Shown here in pieces: positions 33,753 through 43,888 of a stretch of DNA of 64,000 bases (positions are counted from its first letter, which is position 1; every line of letters starts with the position of its first letter). Below the pieces are notes generated by a model that did no database searches, was not told where the DNA came from, and was given only the letters and a program-made list of their open reading frames with translations. A program made the position numbers and the translations under genes. Source of the DNA: a virus (lineage: Duplodnaviria > Caudoviricetes); the IMG/VR virus record IMGVR_UViG_3300029288_000086, positions 1 to 64,000 of that record. One strand, given 5' to 3'.

Positions 33753-34508
33753 TTGAGATTAAACGACAATATAGTTATAAAACAATGCGATTGTATGGAA
33801 ACAATGAAATTAATTCCTGACAATTATGTTGATATGGTATTATGTGATTTGCCGTATGGAACAACTTCAAACAAATGGGATTCAATTTTGCCCATAAATG
33901 ATTTGTGGACACAATATAAACGGATTTGTAAAGATAATGCGATTATAGCTCTTACTGCATCTCAACCGTTTACGTCAATGTTGGTAATGAGCAACTTAGA
34001 AATGTACAAACATGAATGGATTTGGATTAAAAATAGAGGAAGTAATTTCGCAAATACAGTAAGAGAACCAATGAAGGAACATGAATCTGTTTTAATTTTC
34101 AGTAAAGGAAAGTGGACTTATAATAAACAGATGCAAGAAAGAACTGGATCTGGTCTTAGTAGAATGAAATATGATTTCAACACAGTTACAAAATCAGAAA
34201 ATTATAGGGAGTTTGAAAGACCACCGTCTGGTGGTGGAGAATTACGTGTTCCTTCTAGTTGGCAAAAGTTTAATACTGAAGTGGGTTTGCACCCAACACA
34301 AAAACCCGTTGCATTATTTGAATATTTAATTAAGACTTACACGAATGAGAATGAAGTTGTTTTGGATAATTGCGCAGGAAGTTTCACAAGTGGAGTTGCC
34401 TGTATAAATTTAAATAGAAAATATATTGGGTATGAGTTAGATGAAAAATACTTTGAAATTGGTAAAAATAGACTTTTAAAAGCTTTAAATACAAAAAATA
34501 CCCCATGA
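33753..34508 (+). CDS. N6-adenine/N4-cytosine DNA methyltransferase (beta class)
   Basis: DLPYG, HPTQKP, VLDNCAGS, GYE; bracketed by sites 33720 and 34505. Confidence 0.9.
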   Translation: MRLNDNIVIKQCDCMETMKLIPDNYVDMVLCDLPYGTTSNKWDSILPINDLWTQYKRICKDNAIIALTASQPFTSMLVMSNLEMYKHEWIWIKNRGSNFANTVREPMKEHESVLIFSKGKWTYNKQMQERTGSGLSRMKYDFNTVTKSENYREFERPPSGGGELRVPSSWQKFNTEVGLHPTQKPVALFEYLIKTYTNENEVVLDNCAGSFTSGVACINLNRKYIGYELDEKYFEIGKNRLLKALNTKNTP

Positions 34509-34583
34509 AACAGATATTTCATGCACTTTAATATGAAATTAATTGCATGTTCGGGTATAAAATAGGGTTTATTATGCAAGATA

Positions 34584-35921
34584 TTGCATGTTAAGAAGGA
34601 GAAAATAATGGAGGAGAATTGGATTTATAATCCTATGTTAAAACAATTCATATTTTTCAAAGGATTAAGAATTTTTATTTATAAGAATTGGAATAAGTAT
34701 TATCATCAATTCCAAGGGTATCAATGGGAAATTGGGTTTGGTCACATTGCAATCGCTTGGTACAAATAATCAAATATAAAAAGGAGAATAAAATGCAAGA
34801 TAGTAAATATGTAATTATGTTAGTAAAAGACGGAGTTGCCTTTTGGAGTAAGAATGAACATGGTTGGGTAAATTTGACATGTGCAACCGTATATAACAAA
34901 GAAGAAGTTGATGCTAAATCTGATAGGCCAATGCTTGGAAGATTTGTAGAACTACCTGCCTATAATGGTAATATTAATGTAACAATCAATGGTTATTCTG
35001 TTCCTTCTGCAAAAGATGTTGCTGATGCTATTGTTAAAACTCTCAGAACCCAAGGCGTTACTAGATAATAACTTCCCCATAAAACGAAAATTTCATGGGA
35101 AATAATTAATAAAGAAAGGAGGATTTTATGCCTACATATATCGTAACTACGGAACATTTGTATACTGAACGAGTAAGAATTGAAGCAGAAAACGAGGAAG
35201 ACGCATTAGAAGCTGTATATCAAGGTGATGGAGAAACTATAGAAGGATCATTAAATTATAGTGAATTTAATCCATTGGATAATGCTTCTGAATGGGATAT
35301 TGAGGAAGAGTAAATACCCCATGAAACAAGAGTTTTATTGACGTGACAGCGCCTATATTTATATCTGAGATCAGAAAGGATTATAATATGACAAAACGAA
35401 TTTTGCATTTACAAATTCCGATGATGGACACAAAAGCTCCAATTAGAGACGCTTTTAGAGTTAGTCCAGAAACAGCAGGAAAGTTTGTTTCTTTAGTAAA
35501 AGAAAAACTTGGAGATGATTGGATTGTAATTATGTCGCCATTTGATCCAACAATTTCTGAGGACGGTCAAACATTTTATAACTTTAAAATGGAACAACTT
35601 ACAAAAGATGAACTGATTAAATTAATTCAATAAATATTTCTATGCCTTAGCACAAGGGTAGCCGTATTGATGAAGGAGATGGGGTCGCCATAGGGAATGC
35701 AGGACGACAAGTTGTAAGGGAAATTTGCTGACAAGATCGGCACAAAATAAATGTCCGAATATGTGCCACTTAATAAAATATACGCAAAGGAGAATCCTAT
35801 GAATGACAAACAAATCAAACAAATGAATAAACACAATGAAGAACTTGCAAAATTCAATGCAGAAAAAGCAAATGCACCTAAAACACATCGAGAAAGACAG
35901 AAGGAACGTAAGCGACATTAA
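34584..35921 (+). CDS. small hypothetical ORFs (34584-34769, 34793-35068, 35128-35313, 35343-35633, 35799-35921)
   Basis: Co-oriented short ORFs; 35799-35921 (40 aa, basic) follows AAGGAG and is not in the supplied track. Confidence 0.6.
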
Positions 35922-35953
35922 TAATATTAATAAAATTGATACCACCAAAACCC

Positions 35954-35982
35954 TTGACAAAATCGGGATTGTGTGGTATAAA
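35954..35982 (+). promoter_or_regulatory. sigma70-type promoter driving the RNA island
   Basis: TTGACA-17-TATAAA with TGn. Confidence 0.7.
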
Positions 35983-35987
35983 TAATA

Positions 35988-36213
35988 CGGAGGCTTTACC
36001 TGAAAAGGACTGCCTTTTATGGCGCAATGAGGGCTTTATTGTGGGAAGTTCCTGGATGATCGTTCGAGTCGAGACGCACAATAAAGAGCGACCTGATAGC
36101 CAAAAAACAAAATATCTTGAGCGTAAAAGGCGTACGCCTAGACGTGGAAATCGTTACTGGTAAAGTCGGCTGACACGGCGGACAATGGATGTAAATTCCT
36201 ACCAAGATATTTT
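35988..36213 (+). ncRNA. unidentified structured RNA
   Basis: Nested helices 35992-36000/36159-36167, 36012-36021/36122-36131, 36034-36043/36077-36086; crossing helix 36109-36119/36203-36213; starts just after a promoter; GC-richer than its surroundings. Confidence 0.6.
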
Positions 36214-36216
36214 TAT

Positions 36217-36288
36217 AACGGGTTAGAGTAGTGGTTCACTCAGGAGCCTCATAAGCTTCGCACACATGTTAGAATCATGTGCCCGCTA
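36217..36288 (+). tRNA. tRNA-Met(CAT), degenerate / possible pseudogene
   Basis: Anticodon arm GGAGC-CTCATAA-GCTTC; T-arm ACATG-TTAGAAT-CATGT (non-canonical T loop); acceptor with an A-C mismatch; no CCA. Confidence 0.65.
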
Positions 36289-36315
36289 TTTGCACTAGAT
36301 ATCTAGTGCATAACT

Positions 36316-36410
36316 AATCCTGTACCCTTGAATGAGGCGACGGGGCAAGTCCTTATCTAATCATAAAACTCGGATTAAAGATCAGCAGGATTCCTCGATA
36401 TAAAAGGGTA
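36316..36410 (+). ncRNA. putative pseudoknotted RNA between the two tRNAs
   Basis: AATCCTG/CAGGATT (36316-22/36386-92), TACCCTT/AAGGGTA (36323-29/36404-10), GAGG/CCTC, plus an internal hairpin. Confidence 0.45.
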
Positions 36411-36431
36411 AGAGAATAAGAGGAAAAATTT

Positions 36432-36506
36432 GTACCCTTAGCTCAGTTGGTCTAGAGCAAGCGGCTCATAACCGCTGGGTCACAGGTTCAAGTCCTGTAG
36501 GGTACA
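36432..36506 (+). tRNA. tRNA with CAT anticodon, Ile2 (lysidine)-type sequence
   Basis: GTACCCT/AGGGTAC acceptor, TAGCTCAGTTGG, AGCGG-CTCATAA-CCGCT, GGTTCAAGTCC; resembles bacterial tRNA-Ile2; no encoded CCA. Confidence 0.9.
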
Positions 36507-36561
36507 CTAGGGCAATGGGGGAACATTTTTACTTTATTTTATTTTTTTAGGAGGTTTATAT

Positions 36562-36951
36562 ATGAATTACACTCTTGCAACACCGTATGATTTTTATTCC
36601 ACTTTTGATGATTTACACTATTGTTTCCAACATCTTTTCCAAGAACAGGACGGACAATACTCTGTCGAAAAAGATGGAAAAATCATTTTAATGGTAAATG
36701 TTCTTGGAGTAAGGAAAGAGGATTTAGATGTAAAAGTAGATAATGACAGAGATCATCAAGGTTGGCAAATTATTACCGTAAAAGGTAAAACCAACAACGA
36801 AGCCGTAAATAGGGAGTTTTCTGTATTTTGGCAAAAGAGGGTAAAGAATTCAATCAAAAAGCTAGATGGAGTCGTAGAAAACGGCGTCTTAACATTAACG
36901 CTCGAATTCAACGAGCCTGTTAAGCCTAGCGTTGAAATTTCCGTTAAATAG
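36562..36951 (+). CDS. small heat-shock protein (Hsp20/alpha-crystallin)
   Basis: GVRKEDLDVKV, ITVKG, ENGVLTL; flanked by a 13-bp inverted repeat. Confidence 0.8.
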   Translation: MNYTLATPYDFYSTFDDLHYCFQHLFQEQDGQYSVEKDGKIILMVNVLGVRKEDLDVKVDNDRDHQGWQIITVKGKTNNEAVNREFSVFWQKRVKNSIKKLDGVVENGVLTLTLEFNEPVKPSVEISVK

Positions 36952-37102
36952 TTGATTTATCCCCATTGCCCTAAAAAATAGTCTATCAAATATAATAACA
37001 ACAGGAGGTGAAAAATCCACGCTACCCCATGAAAGCATTATTTTATGCACCATATTTTTTGCAACACAAAATTTTAGTAAGTTTATAGATAAAGGAGATT
37101 AA

Positions 37103-38014
37103 ATGAGTTTTAGTTTTACTAAGGCAACAAAAGGCAAAAAGCCTGTTAGAATTGTTATTGGTGGGCCAAGTGGCTCCGGCAAGACGTACACATCCCTGAC
37201 TTTCGCACAATATCTTGAAAATATCACAAAGAAACCAACCGCCGTTATTGACACTGAGCATTATCGTGCCAGCCTTTATGCGGATAAGTTTGGTTTTGAG
37301 GTAAACAATTGGGAACCCCCATTTGATCCTCGTGAGCTTATCAAGGCTATTCACGAAGTAGAACAAGCGGGATTTGGTCAACTTATTGTTGATAGTAGCA
37401 CCCATTTCTATTCTGGGCAAGGTGGATTGCTCGAAATTGTTTCAGACGCAGCAAAGACGCGCTATGGTGGAAATCAGTATGCTGGATGGGCAGTTGGTAC
37501 ACCCGTACAAAATGACTTGGTAGATACCATTATTCGATCACCATTGCATATCATTTTCTGCACGAGGGCAAAACAAGCCTACGAGGAAACTGAAAAGAAT
37601 GGCAAGAAAACATATGAAAAAACCGGTATGGAACTTCAACAGAGGGATGGCTTTGAGTATGACTTCGATTTCTCGTTGATGATGGATATGGATAACAATG
37701 CTGTTGTTGCTAAAGGTATGGGGCTTGTAACTCTCGGAATGTATATCAAAAAACCTGATTACAAGACCATTGAAAATATTCTGAAGTCCATTAATGATAA
37801 CGCCACTGAAAATTCAATTTCTCCGGTGCGAATCGGTGAATTGCAAAAACAAATTATTGGTGTTTGTAAAGAACTTGGTGGAAAAACAAATACAAAGTTG
37901 ATGGAAACTTTGGAAAAATATACTCCAGATAAGAATCCAGAGCATATTGATGATGAATCCAAATTGGTTGAACTATTGGCTGAAGTTGAGAACTTGAAAA
38001 AGGAGAAAAAGTAA
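37103..38014 (+). CDS. AAA_24 / Sak4-like ATPase (recombination)
   Basis: GPSGSGKT, VIDTE, IVDS, QRDGFEYDFD. Confidence 0.8.
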   Translation: MSFSFTKATKGKKPVRIVIGGPSGSGKTYTSLTFAQYLENITKKPTAVIDTEHYRASLYADKFGFEVNNWEPPFDPRELIKAIHEVEQAGFGQLIVDSSTHFYSGQGGLLEIVSDAAKTRYGGNQYAGWAVGTPVQNDLVDTIIRSPLHIIFCTRAKQAYEETEKNGKKTYEKTGMELQQRDGFEYDFDFSLMMDMDNNAVVAKGMGLVTLGMYIKKPDYKTIENILKSINDNATENSISPVRIGELQKQIIGVCKELGGKTNTKLMETLEKYTPDKNPEHIDDESKLVELLAEVENLKKEKK

Positions 38015-38015
38015 A

Positions 38016-38417
38016 ATGAATTTCGATTGCAAATCTAAAGTATTGGCAACAAAAGTTGAAAAGAAAGGTAGTTTTTCTTTGGTCTTTCTCCGAGATTCTC
38101 GCCACGACAAAAAAGCAGATAAGTGGATTCCTAGTCCTTATACCAATGTCCACTTCGTTGCTGGAGCGCATGCCAAAATCGATGAATTGATTAATGCCAT
38201 TAATTCTGCTGATAAGTTTGCAGATGGCAATTCCAAGGGAGTTTACATTCAACCAGGGAGTTGCAGTCTCACAAATGAAGTCTATGAAAAAGAAGATGGC
38301 ACAAAAGTTTATCCAAAACAATTTACTGTTTGGGATTGGGAGTTTGCTGGAGAGAAATCAACCGATGATAATTCTCAAGAATCTGTTGAAGCATCTTCTA
38401 GCGATTTGCCCTTCTAG
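38016..38417 (+). CDS. ssb: single-stranded DNA-binding protein
   Basis: Acidic tail ending DLPF; located between recombinase and primase. Confidence 0.75.
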   Translation: MNFDCKSKVLATKVEKKGSFSLVFLRDSRHDKKADKWIPSPYTNVHFVAGAHAKIDELINAINSADKFADGNSKGVYIQPGSCSLTNEVYEKEDGTKVYPKQFTVWDWEFAGEKSTDDNSQESVEASSSDLPF

Positions 38418-38437
38418 TTAATTTCATTACAACAAGT

Positions 38438-38471
38438 TATAAAGGCGGAGTTTATTTTCTCCGCCTTTATA
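38438..38471 (+). terminator. 13-bp stem hairpin after ssb
   Basis: TATAAAGGCGGAG-tttatttt-CTCCGCCTTTATA. Confidence 0.65.
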
Positions 38472-38489
38472 GAATGGAATAATTTATAA

Positions 38490-40454
38490 ATGCTGATTGA
38501 TAAAGATTTAATCGTTGAAGCAAAAAAAACATTGGGTGAAGAAGCAGCAAATATTATAAAAAATGATCTCGATTTACAAAATTGGGATGATAAAAATTTG
38601 AAATCTCTCTGCCCGTTCCACGAGGAGGACACGGGAAGTTTTATTTGGAATCACAAAGATAATGCCTTCAAATGTTTTGGATGTGGCGTCCATTATAATA
38701 TTGTAGATCATTACATGCAATTTAATCGTCTAACTTTTATTGGTGCAATTCAAAAATTATTTGAACAAACTGAAACAAAGTATTCTTTTGGCGAGCAAGG
38801 TGTAAAAACTGAAAAATATTATAAATATCCTTTTTATGATCATTCAGAAGATAGATCGAAAGTAGAGGATTATTTAAAATTAAGACATATTTCTAATACA
38901 ACGCTAGATTTGACAGATGTTCAACAAAGCAATGATGGCAATATCGTATTTAATTATTATGATACCAATGATGTATTGACATTAGTGAAATATCGTCCTG
39001 CAAAACAAGTCAAAAAAGGCGATACTAAAACATGGTGTCAACAAGATGCAGATTCTATGCCATTGTTATTTAATATGAATCGCATTGATTTTACTAATGG
39101 GCCACTATTGATATGCGAAGGAGAAATAGACTGTCTTTCCGCCATTGAAGCCGGATATAAGAATGCAGTTAGTGTTCCTTTAGGGGCCAATAATTATGGG
39201 TGGATAGAAGCTTCGTGGGATTGGCTAGAACTATTCGATAGAATTATTATATGGTCAGATAATGACGAAGCCGGATTAAAAATGAGAAAAGAAGTATGTT
39301 CTCGTTTGGGCGTATGGCGTACTTTGTATGTAGATATGCCAATCCTCTTGGACAAAGATGGAAGTGAAATAAAAATTAATGATGCAGATGGAAAAAAGAG
39401 AGGCGTAAAAGATATTAATGAAGTTCTTTATTATTGTGGAAAACAAAAGGTTCTAGATTTAATTACCGAAGCAAAAGAATTGCCCATTGAAGGTATTGAG
39501 GACTTATCATCAGTTGAACCTTTTGATATAGAATTAGCGCCAGGATTATATTCTGGATTAGAGCCAATAGATAAAACTATTTATAAATTTTTATTTGGTA
39601 GTGTCATTGTTGTGACAGGTCTCAGGGGGGCAGGCAAGTCCACATTGCTTAACCAATGTTTTGTGTGTGAACCATTAGAGCAAGGATATGATACTTTTAT
39701 TTTTAGTGGCGAATTAAGTTCCCCAGTATTGCAAAGTTGGGTAGAATTATCTATGGCTGGCCCCGAACAAGTTAAGATGAAAACAGAACACATTCATGTT
39801 ATCAATGCAGATGCAATGAAACAAATGAAAGAGTGGTATCATGGAAGAACATGGACATATAACCAGACCGACAACAAATTAGAATCAATTCTAGACAAAG
39901 CAGTTAGCGTTACTAGAAAATATGGTGTTAAAATTTGGCTTTTAGATAATTTATCAACTATTGATATTGGTGCCAATGATAATAACCTTTTAGAGAAACA
40001 AAAAAATGTTATTGTGGAATTAATTAAACATGCAAAAACCTACAATGTCTTAATCATTCTTGTTATTCATCCACGCAAATTACAAGCAGGAACCGTAGAC
40101 ATTGTTTCAGATGATGTTGGTGGAAATGGCGCACTTACTAATTTAGCGCAATATGTTATTTCCGTAAAAAGATTTTCCCAAAAAGATAAAGCCGGAGAAA
40201 GGGATGGAAAAGGGAATTGGAAAAAGGGGAAAGAGCCTATTTCAGAAGACGTTGAAGTAAATATTTTAAAAAATCGTTATACGGGAAAAATAGAAGCACA
40301 TAAATTGTTTTTCAATTACAAATCTTACAGATTTTTTTCTAACGCAAGAGAATTATTTAAAAGATATGGATGGGATAAAAATAGGAATCGTCCTATTCCA
40401 ACATTAGAAAGTGAAGATCCAAGATTTGCTTCACCAGATTTTATGAAGGATTAA
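38490..40454 (+). CDS. DNA primase-helicase (CHC2 zinc finger + TOPRIM + SF4 helicase)
   Basis: CPFH..CFGC, EGEID, DNDEAG, KDINE, GLRGAGKST, LDNL, HPRK, KNRYTG. Confidence 0.92.
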   Translation: MLIDKDLIVEAKKTLGEEAANIIKNDLDLQNWDDKNLKSLCPFHEEDTGSFIWNHKDNAFKCFGCGVHYNIVDHYMQFNRLTFIGAIQKLFEQTETKYSFGEQGVKTEKYYKYPFYDHSEDRSKVEDYLKLRHISNTTLDLTDVQQSNDGNIVFNYYDTNDVLTLVKYRPAKQVKKGDTKTWCQQDADSMPLLFNMNRIDFTNGPLLICEGEIDCLSAIEAGYKNAVSVPLGANNYGWIEASWDWLELFDRIIIWSDNDEAGLKMRKEVCSRLGVWRTLYVDMPILLDKDGSEIKINDADGKKRGVKDINEVLYYCGKQKVLDLITEAKELPIEGIEDLSSVEPFDIELAPGLYSGLEPIDKTIYKFLFGSVIVVTGLRGAGKSTLLNQCFVCEPLEQGYDTFIFSGELSSPVLQSWVELSMAGPEQVKMKTEHIHVINADAMKQMKEWYHGRTWTYNQTDNKLESILDKAVSVTRKYGVKIWLLDNLSTIDIGANDNNLLEKQKNVIVELIKHAKTYNVLIILVIHPRKLQAGTVDIVSDDVGGNGALTNLAQYVISVKRFSQKDKAGERDGKGNWKKGKEPISEDVEVNILKNRYTGKIEAHKLFFNYKSYRFFSNARELFKRYGWDKNRNRPIPTLESEDPRFASPDFMKD

Positions 40455-40455
40455 A

Positions 40456-43400
40456 ATGAATAATTATATCAATTATCATTCGCATACATCTATGTCGAAC
40501 ATTAGCACTCCAGATAGCGTGATTTCTAATCGAGATCGCGCTATACGTGCTTCTGAATTAAAACAAACAGTTTTGAGCGGCGTGGAACATGGGTGGATGG
40601 GCAAAGTAATTGAAACAATAGAATTATCAAAGGAATTTAATATCAAACCTTTATTGGGTTCTGAAGTTTATGCCGTTAAAAATAGATTTGAAAAAGATAA
40701 AACAAATGCACATCTTATTTTATTAGCGAAAAATGAAAATGGAAGAAAGTCAATCAATAGACTTTTGAGCGAATCAAATGTATCGGGCTTTTATTATAAG
40801 GCAAGATGTGATTTTGAATTATTGTTCAATCTGCCTAAAAATGATGTTTGGGTTACTACGGCTTGTATTGCTGGGTTCCCATGGAAATACGAAGATTCAG
40901 AAAATATAATTGAACAACTATTAGACCACTTTGAAAATAATTTATTTTTAGAAGTACAAAATCATCATACAGATTCACAAAAAATATTAAATAAAAGAAT
41001 CGTTGAATTATCCAATCGTTATCATATTCCACTTATTGCAGGGATGGATAGTCATATGATATATCCTAACCAAGCACAAGAACGAGATGACTATTTATTG
41101 TCTCGCGGTATTGAATATCCAGATGAACAAAACTGGTTTTTAGATTTTCCTTCTTATGAAGAAGCACTACAAAGATTCAAAGACCAAGGTGTTTTGAATG
41201 ATGTAAAAATTGAAGAAGCATTAGATAATACCAATATATTCAATGATGTTAAAGAATATAATTCTATTGTTTTTAATCCCGATATTATTAAACTGCCTAC
41301 TTTATATCCTAATCATAAGCAAGAAGATAAAAATAAAATTCTTGAAACATTAGTTTGGTCTAAATGGGAACAAGAAAAAAACAACATTTTTTCAAGTCAG
41401 CATGCTTATTATGAGGGCGAAATTAGGAAAGAATTAGACACTATTTTCGAAACTAATATGGCTGATTATTTTTTGCTTGATTACGAAGTTATTAAAAAAG
41501 GCAAAGAAATGGGCGGACAAATCACACTAACGGGGCGCGGATCTGCTGTCAGCTTCTATATTTCTAAACTTTTAGATTTTACCACAGTAGACAGAATTGC
41601 GGCGAGTGTCAAATTGTTTCCAGAAAGATTTATTTCCGCAGAGCGATTGTTAGAAACTAAAAGCCTACCCGACATAGACTTTAATTTAGGTAATCCAGAA
41701 GTTTTTGTAAAAGCACAAGAAATTATTATTGGCGAAGGACATAGCTATCCAATGATTGCTTTTGGAACCGTGAAAGCATCTGGAGCATGGAAGTTATTTT
41801 CAAGAATTTCTAACATAGATTTTGATACTGCAAACGATGTTTCAATGCAACTACAAAAATATGACATGGATTTGAAACATGCCGAAAGCGAAGAAGAAAA
41901 AGAATCTCTTGATGTTTTAGATTATATTGAACCTAAATACCATAATATTTTCAATGAAAGCAAAAAATATTTAGGATTAGTGAATTCATTAACTCCCCAT
42001 CCTTGTGCAACACTTCTCTTCAATAATGGAGATATTCGTGAGGAATTTGGTTTAATAAAAATCAAGACAGGCAACGTAGAGCATATTTGTGCGTGTTGTG
42101 ATGGTTTATTTGCAGAAAACTATAAGTTGCTAAAAAATGATTTACTTAAAGTTAATGTTGTAAAATTAATTTATGGCGTATACGAGAGAATTAATTTATG
42201 CCCACATACTATCCCCGAATTATTGAAAGTATGCGAAAATGATAAATCAGTATGGGATGTTTACGCCAATGGTTGGACAAAAGGAATCAATCAATTTGAG
42301 CAAACAGGCACAAGAGGTAGAGCCACTAAATATAAGCCTCACAATATTTCAGAACTTTCGGCTTTTGTCGCTGCCGTAAGACCTGGTTTCAAATCAAATT
42401 ATGATGCTTTTGAAAGCAGGCAAGCATTTGAGTATGGCGTAAAATCTCTTGATGAGTTGATTCAAACAAAAGAATTCCCATATAGTTTTATGATTTATCA
42501 AGAAAACGCTATGCAGGTAATGGCATATGCTGGAATTCCTATCGCCAAAACTTATGAAATTATTAAAAATATCGCTAAAAAACGTGTCGAAAAAGTAAAA
42601 AAATATAAAGATCAATTTATTACTGGAATGAAAAAAAAATTAGTTGATGATGAAAATCTCAACGCCGAAGAAGCAAAAAAAGTTGCTTTAATGACATGGC
42701 AAATTATTGATGATTCTAGCAGATATTCCTTCAACAGTGCGCATGCATATAGTGTAGCGGGAGACTCATTATATGGCGCATATTTGAAGTCGCATTATCC
42801 CCTGGAATTTTATGAAGTATTTTTAAACATTCTTGAAGAAGATGGAGATAAAAACAGGCTATCAGAAGTAAAAATAGAAGCACAAGAAGCATATGGGATA
42901 AAATTTCCTTCACTAAAATTTGGTCAAGATAATCGTAAAATTGTAGCCAATGCTGCTACAAAAGAAATTAATCAATCTATGCAAATTTTAAAAGGTTTTG
43001 GAAATACGGTTGGAGAAAAATTTTATAACCTATCTCTTGATTTTCTCGGCAATGATTTTCTTGAGTTGCTAGTCTATGCGGAAGAAAGTGGATACATGTC
43101 TGCCAAATGGGACAAGCTCATTAAAATTAATTATTTTGATAAATTTGGGAGCAATGGAAAATTATATGAGATTTATAAAGAATTCACAGATGGTGAAAAT
43201 AAATATCAAAAAACTTATGTTGAAAAAACAAAAATAAAAAGATTAGAAACACTAAAAGAAATATGGAATAATTTACCCAATAAAAAAATTCCGTTTAATC
43301 AACAGTTGAAAAATGAATTTGAAATATTGGGAACCATTCAATCTATTTATCCTGAATTAAATAAAAAATATAAAGAAGAAAAATTCCCAACTAAATATTA

Positions 43401-43695
43401 TTATATTAAAGACTTAAATCTTACTTACGCTCCACGGCTAGAATGTTATAATTTGGCTAAAGGAACACAAGGCTCAATTAAAATGTATAAAGCAACGTAC
43501 AACAACAAGCCTTTTTCTGTGGGCGCAATCATAAAATTAAAACAAGGATGGTATGAAGAAAAACCAAACACAAAACCAAACATTAACAATGTTTTTGTTC
43601 CAGATGGAACTGGAACACATTATATTATAAGCAAGTTTGAGTTAGTTACACCAGAAGAATTAGACAAAATATTAGAGGAAAAAACAAATGCCTGA
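40456..43695 (+). CDS. dnaE: DNA polymerase III alpha subunit (family C)
   Basis: PHP NYHSH, GRGSA, LFPERF, PDIDF, KNDLL, IYQE, YSFNSAHAYS. Confidence 0.95.
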   Translation: MNNYINYHSHTSMSNISTPDSVISNRDRAIRASELKQTVLSGVEHGWMGKVIETIELSKEFNIKPLLGSEVYAVKNRFEKDKTNAHLILLAKNENGRKSINRLLSESNVSGFYYKARCDFELLFNLPKNDVWVTTACIAGFPWKYEDSENIIEQLLDHFENNLFLEVQNHHTDSQKILNKRIVELSNRYHIPLIAGMDSHMIYPNQAQERDDYLLSRGIEYPDEQNWFLDFPSYEEALQRFKDQGVLNDVKIEEALDNTNIFNDVKEYNSIVFNPDIIKLPTLYPNHKQEDKNKILETLVWSKWEQEKNNIFSSQHAYYEGEIRKELDTIFETNMADYFLLDYEVIKKGKEMGGQITLTGRGSAVSFYISKLLDFTTVDRIAASVKLFPERFISAERLLETKSLPDIDFNLGNPEVFVKAQEIIIGEGHSYPMIAFGTVKASGAWKLFSRISNIDFDTANDVSMQLQKYDMDLKHAESEEEKESLDVLDYIEPKYHNIFNESKKYLGLVNSLTPHPCATLLFNNGDIREEFGLIKIKTGNVEHICACCDGLFAENYKLLKNDLLKVNVVKLIYGVYERINLCPHTIPELLKVCENDKSVWDVYANGWTKGINQFEQTGTRGRATKYKPHNISELSAFVAAVRPGFKSNYDAFESRQAFEYGVKSLDELIQTKEFPYSFMIYQENAMQVMAYAGIPIAKTYEIIKNIAKKRVEKVKKYKDQFITGMKKKLVDDENLNAEEAKKVALMTWQIIDDSSRYSFNSAHAYSVAGDSLYGAYLKSHYPLEFYEVFLNILEEDGDKNRLSEVKIEAQEAYGIKFPSLKFGQDNRKIVANAATKEINQSMQILKGFGNTVGEKFYNLSLDFLGNDFLELLVYAEESGYMSAKWDKLIKINYFDKFGSNGKLYEIYKEFTDGENKYQKTYVEKTKIKRLETLKEIWNNLPNKKIPFNQQLKNEFEILGTIQSIYPELNKKYKEEKFPTKYYYIKDLNLTYAPRLECYNLAKGTQGSIKMYKATYNNKPFSVGAIIKLKQGWYEEKPNTKPNINNVFVPDGTGTHYIISKFELVTPEELDKILEEKTNA

Positions 43696-43888
43696 ATACA
43701 ACTTTAAATGTACATTATGCAATACAAAATTTTCTATCTTTAGATCAATGAAAGAATCATGGGAAGTATATTGTCCAAAATGCAGAAGTGAACACCTAGA
43801 AAGAATCTTCTTCCCTACTCCTGTCGTATTTAATGGGAAAGGATTTTATAATACAGATTCACGAGCACCCTTGACACCAGAAGAATAG
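43688..43888 (+). CDS. FmdB-family zinc-ribbon protein
   Basis: MPEYNFKCTLC..CPKC..FNGKGFYNTD. Confidence 0.8.
   Translation: MPEYNFKCTLCNTKFSIFRSMKESWEVYCPKCRSEHLERIFFPTPVVFNGKGFYNTDSRAPLTPEE

Larger units (their letters stand above)
22383..37046. repeat. Palindromic gene-junction site family, cluster 2 (26 copies)
   Basis: Left-arm starts: 22383, 22789, 23218, 23538, 23745, 23929, 24422, 24935, 25510, 25776, 28603, 28890, 29510, 29716, 30596, 31413, 31679, 31933, 32532, 32808 (8-nt spacer), 33342, 33720, 34505, 35079, 35321, 37029. Confidence 0.95.

Noticed and set aside
35936-36163. 75-aa ORF over the RNA island
   Set aside because: Starts upstream of the promoter, has no RBS, and the region is better explained by RNA helices.
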